Source: a virus
Lineage: Duplodnaviria > Caudoviricetes
IMG/VR virus record: IMGVR_UViG_3300013105_000005
Span: 1-64,000 of that record
Length of the DNA: 64,000 nucleotides
Direction: 5' to 3' (one strand)
Shown: in pieces, positions 57,151 to 64,000 of the stretch
Layout of the letters: each line of letters begins with the position of its first letter
Numbering within the stretch: the first letter of the stretch is position 1
Made by a program: the position numbers and the translations under genes
Notes under the pieces: model-generated
What the model was told of the DNA's origin: nothing
The model's input: only the letters and a program-made list of their open reading frames with translations
The model's database searches: none

Positions 57151-57877
57151 TTGTAGGCGGCGGCTAAGAAGACTTATGGTTGACAGGCGGCAAGTGGTGC
57201 CGCTAAGAAGGGGATTGATGCGAGCGTCTTCTTAGCGGTAGTGCTCGCGTCACACGGGTCCGTTCCGGTATTTGCCGTACCGGGCGGACCTTCTGTTTTT
57301 TGCTGATGGTGGGATACCATAAACTGCCTCATCTGCAATATCCTTTCTGCATAAAAAGCGTCATTTTCCCCCGCGTTTCTATAACTTCCGCGCCACACTA
57401 CAATTACGCTGCAAAATTTATTTGTTAGGGTGTTCATACAGAATGTCGTGAGCCTGCTCGGTTGTTGCGGGCGCGATTTCAGCATCAAGGCAAGCCTCTC
57501 TGCCAACCATCGTCGTCTGGAATTTTTCAGGACTACCGCCGCGACTTACCATGTAGCCGCGCGTCACCAAATGTCGGCAGCTTGCCAGCGCCGGACCGGA
57601 AGCGGTGCGCGGCTCCATGACGTAGTTGCCGAGAAGATTCAGTTGGAACTTGTTGAGTGGTTTAGCTTTCATTTTTGCTCCATCTCCCTTTCCGCGCGTT
57701 CCGCCGCCGCTTTCGTCGGGTGAACGCTGGATGCAAGGCATCTCCTGCTTCCGCCTCGCTCATCGGTGAAGGTGACATCGACATATGCGGACCCGATCTT
57801 GCCGTCCGGCGTGATGTACGCCTTGGCGATGCGCGCCGGTCGCGGGGTGCTGCCGTGTTCGATGACGTAGACGGCGC

Positions 57878-58759
57878 TCATCGCACACCCCCGGCCGCGT
57901 AGTTGCACCACACCACCTCAGTCATGCGCCGCTTTGAATCCCCGCCAGCGGCGTTGTTCGGCAACTCGAATGCGTACCGCTGCCACTTAGCCAACCGCTC
58001 GCGATACAAATCGCAGTCGTAGCCGCTGATGACCACATAGCCCTTGCATGCCAAGCAAGCGTCGAGGAATTCCTCGTGGTCCTGCCGACTCATTTCGTGC
58101 TGGTAAACGTCCGGCGTGGATCGCGTCTCGTGCATGTAAGGAGGGTCGCAGTAAAAGAGCGTGTCCTTCCCATCCTGCGTGCGCAGGCATTCGACGGCGG
58201 GACGGTTCAAGATGACGACGCGGGACAGTCGGGCATGTACTTCTGGTAAGCCGTCTATTGCATTCCACCAGGCGGAGGGCAACTCGTTCATGTTGCGCCG
58301 CGTGCGGGTCTTGGCGAGCGTGGTGAAGTCCTTGAAAGTCGCGGCGCGCGATTGACGGCAGAGAATTAAGAAGTTGATTGCGCGGCAAACGGCCTCGCCG
58401 CCCCTGCCTACTCGCTGGGCTTCAACAAAAAGTTCTTCAGAACAGGGAGTTGCTTGCGCCGTCCGCAGAAACATCGGGAACAGCACCGGATCGGCGAGCA
58501 CGCGCCAGAAGTTAATCAGGTCGCCATTTAGGTCGTTGACGACTTCGCTAGCGCCGACCGGGTTCTTTGCCAGCAGGACAGCGCCGCCGCCGAAGAACGG
58601 TTCAACGTAATGAATGTGCGGCGGGAACAGGGCAATCAGGCGATCGGCAAGGTAAGTCTTGCCGCCGTGCCACTTGAGAGGGGGGTTAAGTGTTTGCGTC
58701 ATGGTTGTAGCCTTGGCGTGGGCGGCTCCGGTGGTGGTTTGGGAGGGGGAAGTGGTCAT
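57878..58759 (-). CDS. dam: Dam-like D12-class DNA adenine methyltransferase
   Basis: KWHGGK, YVEPFFGGG, YCDPPY. Confidence 0.9.
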   Translation of the reverse strand: MTTSPSQTTTGAAHAKATTMTQTLNPPLKWHGGKTYLADRLIALFPPHIHYVEPFFGGGAVLLAKNPVGASEVVNDLNGDLINFWRVLADPVLFPMFLRTAQATPCSEELFVEAQRVGRGGEAVCRAINFLILCRQSRAATFKDFTTLAKTRTRRNMNELPSAWWNAIDGLPEVHARLSRVVILNRPAVECLRTQDGKDTLFYCDPPYMHETRSTPDVYQHEMSRQDHEEFLDACLACKGYVVISGYDCDLYRERLAKWQRYAFELPNNAAGGDSKRRMTEVVWCNYAAGGVR

Positions 58760-59136
58760 TCGCGATTCTCCCTCGTCATTGGCGGCGGACCCTTTTGCCA
58801 CTTACACGGCGGCGGCGGAGCCAAAATCCGATAGCTCGCGCACCCCCAGCAAATCTCCGTCGGCCACGATCCGTACGATGCCGGGATGCGCGGGCCGGGG
58901 GTGCGCAGATTGGCGGGGTGGCGGCAGGGTTTATCGTCGCTCTGTTCCGCCAGTTGGCTCAGCAGGTCTTGCGTCCGCTTCACCGGACAGTCGCGGTAGA
59001 AGACTGCGCCGCCGTTGTTGCCGATGTAGACGCCGACGTATCCGGTCGAGGCGCAGTGCTTGGCGACAAGCTGCATCGCATCGAAGACGTGCGGTGGGGT
59101 GCGCTGGGGTGGTGATGTGATTGTCTTTGGGTTCAT
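58756..59136 (-). CDS. hypothetical protein
   Basis: ATGA coupling on both sides. Confidence 0.5.
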   Translation of the reverse strand: MNPKTITSPPQRTPPHVFDAMQLVAKHCASTGYVGVYIGNNGGAVFYRDCPVKRTQDLLSQLAEQSDDKPCRHPANLRTPGPRIPASYGSWPTEICWGCASYRILAPPPPCKWQKGPPPMTRENRE

Positions 59137-59338
59137 GCCGTCTTCCCTTTAATCTGCCGCGCCCAATAATCCCGGCTCTTCTTCGTACATCGCAAGCAAC
59201 TCCGGCAATTCACGTTGCCGCGCTTCGTGATAACCGCGAAGTGCTCAAGGCTGTCGAATAGCCTGCCGCAGTGCGAACGGATCGGGCCGAAGGACGGCGG
59301 GAACAACCCGTCAGAATGAAGGATGCGTTTGCGTTTTC

Positions 59339-59803
59339 TCATGGTGATACCCTCCCGCATTCCGCGACCTTCTCCGAAGCGGCCGCAATCACAACCTCGG
59401 CGCGCGGGTTGTGCTTATCCTCATCGCGGTAGGCATGAATCTCGGTAATCTGTCGGTCGTCCGCGTAGGTGATGCCTCGCAGCGCGTCGATGAGTACCTT
59501 GAGGCTGTTGTCGAGATCCCCGCGCTTCGCTGGGCGGAATAGGCACACGCTGAGCGATACATTGCCGGTGAACTGGGGGGCACACGCCTGTCGCGCGATC
59601 AGACCCGCTTGCTGAATGAACATGGCCGCCTCTTTCGAGCGGTATGTCCTGCCGCGCGCGTGCCGCCAGTAGAGGTTCGCCGTCGGCGGGTATGGGAGCG
59701 TCAGTCGAATTGGCTCAAGGTCGCTGCGCCCGGCGAGCGGCGCGGGGCGATTGCCTTGTTCGAGCTGGGAGAGCCAGGCGCCACGGGGCATCTTTATCGG
59801 CAT
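59339..59803 (-). CDS. rusA: RusA-like Holliday junction resolvase
   Basis: PYPPTANLYW...DLDNSLKVLIDAL...DDRQI. Confidence 0.9.
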   Translation of the reverse strand: MPIKMPRGAWLSQLEQGNRPAPLAGRSDLEPIRLTLPYPPTANLYWRHARGRTYRSKEAAMFIQQAGLIARQACAPQFTGNVSLSVCLFRPAKRGDLDNSLKVLIDALRGITYADDRQITEIHAYRDEDKHNPRAEVVIAAASEKVAECGRVSP

Positions 59804-60061
59804 GGCGTTTCCCCCTTCGCTGCCTCAGCGGCAATCTTCTGCCTGAGTTTCGCCAGTTCCCATGCCAGCTTTTCGGGGTCAGCCATGATGGCGCGGAGTT
59901 GGTCGAGTTCGTCCAGCAGCGATGGCAAATAGATTTCTGAAAGGTTGCCAATCAAACTGGTTACAGATTCCATGTGACGGCTATGACCCAACCTTATCGC
60001 GTTGCGCCATTGTTCTAATGCTTCCCGCAACTCAGCCACGGGGTCGGGGGTGGGGTTACTA

Positions 60062-60313
60062 TTAGACAAGGGAACCTCCGCGCTTTTTGAGTGCCCGTTC
60101 GCCTTCCGTGCTGATCTTTTCTTTCAGCATCGTCCGGGATTTTCTGCACGCACTTTCCATCACGTCCGGCATCACGTAGCCATCGCGAATTCCGATCAAC
60201 ATGGATGCTTCCGCCTGGCGCAGGGTGAAGATTAGCTCGTCAACGTCACGTCGCGCGATGATGGAGAACATGGCGCTGTGGTGGCGGCAGAGGGGGCAAT
60301 TGCAGGTGCTCAC
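60062..60313 (-). CDS. hypothetical protein
   Basis: Coupled ORF; CNCPLC. Confidence 0.45.
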   Translation of the reverse strand: MSTCNCPLCRHHSAMFSIIARRDVDELIFTLRQAEASMLIGIRDGYVMPDVMESACRKSRTMLKEKISTEGERALKKRGGSLV

Positions 60314-60876
60314 GTTCTCCCCCTTTCCGAGCCGGCGGCAAGGGGAAGGGGAGAGGCGAATAACGCCGCCTGCATCCCTTTCGCCGGTTGCGCCGCCGGC
60401 ATCAGCTCCGGGCGCTGTCCGACCGCGATCAATCCAGCCTGCGTCTTACCGATGTACTCCCAGCCCGCTTTGAGATAGCAGCGACCGGGGGTTTCTTTCG
60501 CCTTCGTCTTTTCGGTGTCGATGAAACTGACGATGCCAACGTGCGCGGAGATTTCCGCAGCCCACACCTTCGGAACGTCCGGCCACTCGTAGCGCGTCGC
60601 GGCGACGGCTTCGGTGATGAGTTGACTGCTCAATCCCGCGCCAACGTTGCGGAAGGCGCTGCACACCCATGCACCCGCCCATTCGTGTTTCGTGTATTCC
60701 GCAAATGGCCAGGACGTGACCCAATAAGCCCGCACCTTGCGACGACGGATCGCGCGGAGCACGATGCAGCGACCGGGCGGAACGAACTGCGGGGTGCCGG
60801 GCTTCTGGCGGCTGTAGTGCGCGTCAGCGAGCGGGAGGACGGACTTGCCGGCGCGGTGGGAGAGGGTCCAAGTCAT
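60310..60876 (-). CDS. conserved phage protein, possibly GNAT/Mom-like
   Basis: LADAHYSRQKPG...PPGR...SAFRN...LSSQLI...PGRCYLKAGW; TGATG start at 60876. Confidence 0.55.
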   Translation of the reverse strand: MTWTLSHRAGKSVLPLADAHYSRQKPGTPQFVPPGRCIVLRAIRRRKVRAYWVTSWPFAEYTKHEWAGAWVCSAFRNVGAGLSSQLITEAVAATRYEWPDVPKVWAAEISAHVGIVSFIDTEKTKAKETPGRCYLKAGWEYIGKTQAGLIAVGQRPELMPAAQPAKGMQAALFASPLPLAAGSERGRT

Positions 60877-61925
60877 CACGCCACCCCTTCCGGCGCGCAG
60901 TTCTCGGCGGCACTTTTCTTTCGCTTGACTTTGGTCAGAGAGTCGTTGTTGTATCTCGGCATCAACAGGTCGATGAACTTGCGTTCGAGTTCCTCCAATT
61001 GATCGGGGCGGCATGGAAACAGGAACGCGCTGTCGAACTTTTTGAACTTCTCCCCGCAGTGGGTGCCGATGCGTCCCCCGACACACGTTGATTGGCCGAC
61101 GTAGACCACTTCTTTGCCGTCGCAGAGAAAGTAGACGCCAGATAGGAAAGAACTGTGCAGAGAAATCCGTCGCAGGCCGTCAATGTCCCTGATACTTTGC
61201 GGAGCCGCGATGTACGCTGGCTCAAGATCGGCGTGAGGCAGAACATTGACCTCGATTCGGCTGGCAACGTCCAAGCCGCCGTGCTTTTCGCTGAACTGGA
61301 TAGCCCATCTTTTAACGTCTTTGATTCTGAACCATGCCGAAGTACTGCCGGGGAATGTGTGGTACGGAATGATCTTGGCCGCTATCCAGTTCTCCACCAA
61401 CTCCACGGGCACGCCAATGGCCTGCGCTGCGCCGGTCGTATCTACAAACTCCGGTTCGATTCTCCGCGACAGGTCGGTGTAGAACTCTGAGATTGCCGCC
61501 GCTGCATCTTCCAGTCCGGTGACGTACGCCATGCACGTACCGGATTCGAGCGCCACGTCAGCGGCAGAGCAAAGCTTGCCGGGTTGACGACGCCAGCGGC
61601 CTTGCGCCAACTCAAATTTTGAAGTGAATCCATCGGCGTAGCGAACGGCCAGGATCACACTGCTGGAATCGGTTTCAACTCTGACGGAGATTGCCGACTC
61701 GATGCGCTTATGCCAACCGATGAAGGTGTCGCAGGCATAAGCGAGCGTGTCGAGAGCATCGCGAAGGAATTCCGAAGTCACCAGCTTGCCGGGTTCCGCG
61801 TGCTTGATCGCATCGCGGATTGTTTGGACGTGGGCAACCAATTGCGCATCAATCGCGCCGAAGGTTGCGGTGTAGGCCCAACGCGCAGTGGCCAATTCTT
61901 GCCCGTTCAGTTTCCGGTCGCTCAT
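60876..61925 (-). CDS. fusion of HTH DNA-binding and GIY-YIG nuclease domains
   Basis: TTGAAQAIGVPVELVENW; GVYFLCDGKEVVYVGQS...RIGTH...LERKFI...PRYN. Confidence 0.75.
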   Translation of the reverse strand: MSDRKLNGQELATARWAYTATFGAIDAQLVAHVQTIRDAIKHAEPGKLVTSEFLRDALDTLAYACDTFIGWHKRIESAISVRVETDSSSVILAVRYADGFTSKFELAQGRWRRQPGKLCSAADVALESGTCMAYVTGLEDAAAAISEFYTDLSRRIEPEFVDTTGAAQAIGVPVELVENWIAAKIIPYHTFPGSTSAWFRIKDVKRWAIQFSEKHGGLDVASRIEVNVLPHADLEPAYIAAPQSIRDIDGLRRISLHSSFLSGVYFLCDGKEVVYVGQSTCVGGRIGTHCGEKFKKFDSAFLFPCRPDQLEELERKFIDLLMPRYNNDSLTKVKRKKSAAENCAPEGVA

Positions 61926-62158
61926 CTTCCCTCCTTTGGCGAGTAACCCGCGCGGTAACACGGGTATGGGGTACGTTGGGTTACGCTGGCGCCGAAGTGG
62001 ATTAGCGCAGGGATGATGTTTGCTGATGTAAGTGCAGCATTTAACAGCAACTTATGGATTGCTGGCGATAACGCGCATAAAAAAAGCCGTCCCGGGCAAG
62101 GCGGGCGCGTACCCTGTTTTTTTGTATCGCCAAGCCAGATTTGTACGATGTTTCGCCC

Positions 62159-63430
62159 ATGAGTACCACGCCAGTAACACCAACCGCCGCCGAAATCGTC
62201 TTCATGCGCGAGAGCGGCCTGCACTGGCACAAGCGCGGCGGCTGGGCGCGAAAGTTCCCCGGGGACCGCAACCGGACCTACTTTGGCCGTGTTTCGCCAG
62301 GGGAAGCACTCAAGCTCCATGCCGCCGAAGAACTGCGACGGCAGAAGGGCGAGCCAGAGCTTGCGCCAAACAACCTGAGTATCGGACAGGCGGTCAACCT
62401 GTTTCTGGCCAGCCTTGACCAGCGATACGCCGACGGAACGATCGGCGCTTCGCAACGAGCCCGCTATGGACAGGAGATGGAATTCCTCGTCAGCGCCAAG
62501 TCCAAAGACGGTAACACCATCATCGGCAGGCACCGCAGGCTTTCCGACTTCTGCCAACTGTACGCACCGGACACGCTCTTTCGTCCGCTGCGCGCCGCTG
62601 CGGTCGCCCGCGGCATCATCGCAGGAGAAAAAAGCATCGTGCAGATTCGCACGTTCTTCGACTGGTGCAGCACTGTGCGCCGCTTCATCCCGCCGGCATT
62701 CTTTGCCGATGCGTTTGACGCACCCGGGGAACGTGAAAAGCGCATCGCTCGCAAGTCCGAGCGAAAAGCCCGGGGCACTGCCTACTGGACCCCGGAACAG
62801 GTTCGGGAAATTATTGAAGCGGCCCGGGCGACCAATGTTCACCGCTACGCCCAGGTGCTGCTGACGCTCAACAGCGGCATGGGCGCAACTGACCTTTCCA
62901 ACCTTGAGGACGTTGATATCGACTGGGGCCGATGCTGCATTCAGACGGATCGCAGCAAGACGATGGTTCCCCGGGTCGTGCCCCTGTGGGACATCACCGT
63001 CGAAGCGATGCGGCGGAGCCGAGCGGCGCGGCCGATTCCGGCTGACGCCAAATGGGCTGATCGGTTCTTTCTGACTTCCCGGGGCAGGCCGCTGGTGGAA
63101 GATTTGGGCATGGACGAAAAGCGGAAGCGGCACCGAAGGACAGACAGCTTGAAGAATTGGTTCTACCGTCTTCTCAACGCGCCGGATCGGGTTCACTGGA
63201 AGAACAAAGCGGTACGGCTGCGCCACCTGAAGCGATGGCGGGGCGGTTGGTATACCTTGCGAGCGGTGTTTGCCACGTTGGCCCGGGGACATGCTGGCGA
63301 TCCCAACCTTGATGCGATTGTTATGGGGCAGAAGCTGGACCGCGCCATCTTGGAGGGATACCTCCGTGGCGACGTTCTCCAAAAGCTCTTGCCTGTTGTG
63401 AATCATGTTCGTAGCCAACTCGGAATTTAG
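62159..63430 (+). CDS. tyrosine recombinase with atypical catalytic boxes
   Basis: LLTLNSGMGATDL, RSKT, YTLRAVFAT, MGQ, EGY. Confidence 0.8.
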   Translation: MSTTPVTPTAAEIVFMRESGLHWHKRGGWARKFPGDRNRTYFGRVSPGEALKLHAAEELRRQKGEPELAPNNLSIGQAVNLFLASLDQRYADGTIGASQRARYGQEMEFLVSAKSKDGNTIIGRHRRLSDFCQLYAPDTLFRPLRAAAVARGIIAGEKSIVQIRTFFDWCSTVRRFIPPAFFADAFDAPGEREKRIARKSERKARGTAYWTPEQVREIIEAARATNVHRYAQVLLTLNSGMGATDLSNLEDVDIDWGRCCIQTDRSKTMVPRVVPLWDITVEAMRRSRAARPIPADAKWADRFFLTSRGRPLVEDLGMDEKRKRHRRTDSLKNWFYRLLNAPDRVHWKNKAVRLRHLKRWRGGWYTLRAVFATLARGHAGDPNLDAIVMGQKLDRAILEGYLRGDVLQKLLPVVNHVRSQLGI

Positions 63431-63627
63431 CGCCTCAGCAGATCGTCAACCTTGCAACCGAGCACCTTCGCCACGCGAACGGCGGTTTCGAGCGACACGC
63501 TCTTTCGCAGTCCTTTTTCCAGACGCCACCAAACCTGCGGCTGGGTCATTCTCGCCCGCTTGGCCGCATCTCTCTGCGTCATCTTGAGCGCCAGTCTGCG
63601 ACGTTTAATCTCTCTGCCGTTCAACAT
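63427..63627 (-). CDS. XRE/Cro-family HTH regulator
   Basis: IKRRRLALKMTQRDAAKRA...VSLETAVRVAKVLGCKVDDL. Confidence 0.9.
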   Translation of the reverse strand: MLNGREIKRRRLALKMTQRDAAKRARMTQPQVWWRLEKGLRKSVSLETAVRVAKVLGCKVDDLLRR

Positions 63628-63660
63628 TGTAGTATACCGCCTTGGTATATCAAGTTCAAA

Positions 63661-63951
63661 TCACACATATTTTGGCGCTGCGTCCAATTCCTTCCGCAAC
63701 TGCGCCGACGAAATGCGGCGCTGGCGTTTGGGTGATTCCTTCGCAGCGAACGGTTCCCGGGCATCCGGAAGAGACTCCAAGTACGTCTTGAGGCTGCTTT
63801 CCAGAACATATAGGCGCGGGAGCTTTCCCTTGCCCCGAATCACCTGCCGGCGCGCTTCCAACGATCCGCGACGTATGAGCAGGAGCACGTCATGGGTGCC
63901 GATGCCCAGGGTCGTGGCGACGGACGAGGTTGGAATAAGGCGGTCGTTCAT
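63661..63951 (-). CDS. excisionase-like/HTH DNA-binding protein
   Basis: TSSVATTLGIGTHDVLLLIRRGSLEA...ESSLKTYL. Confidence 0.7.
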   Translation of the reverse strand: MNDRLIPTSSVATTLGIGTHDVLLLIRRGSLEARRQVIRGKGKLPRLYVLESSLKTYLESLPDAREPFAAKESPKRQRRISSAQLRKELDAAPKYV

Positions 63952-64000
63952 GCTTCATCCGCGGTGAACAGGTCGGGATGTTGCCTTTGCGTTTCCATCA

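Noticed and set aside
61922-63418. 498-aa minus-strand ORF
   Set aside because: Shadow of the + strand recombinase; no motifs.
1-64000. Genome-wide TAG recoding (code 15)
   Set aside because: Many clear genes (tnpB, tape measure, recombinase, chaperone, RAMP-like) end at TAG at sensible positions; only one suspicious internal TAG.

Overview
The window is most of a temperate, siphovirus-like tailed phage genome. The host is probably a Planctomycetota (Phycisphaerae/Tepidisphaerales-like) bacterium; this is inferred from the integrase arm-domain type and accessory gene families, not from a search. Rightward arm (1-47067): early hypotheticals, an orphan TnpB, a sigma-70 region-4/LuxR-type regulator, a highly structured intergenic RNA candidate, membrane/lipoprotein genes, and a leftward accessory block. 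That block holds a Cas7/RAMP-like gene followed by a 5-nt-periodic array, a PIN-domain gene, a truncated integrase and a tRNA-Val 3' half in attP configuration. Adhesin/spike genes, terminase, Mu-like portal/head genes, capsid, a non-contractile tail and a tail-tip Cys-rich/Erv-like-GT9/methyltransferase module follow. Leftward arm (47068-64000): primase, an SF2 helicase with an intein that hides an out-of-frame HNH gene, two Dam-type methylases, RusA, a GIY-YIG fusion, an atypical tyrosine recombinase, and XRE and HTH genes. The strongest novelty candidate is the RAMP-like gene plus (NN-NGC)n array at 10721-11247. All family assignments come from motif recognition by eye; no database searches were run.
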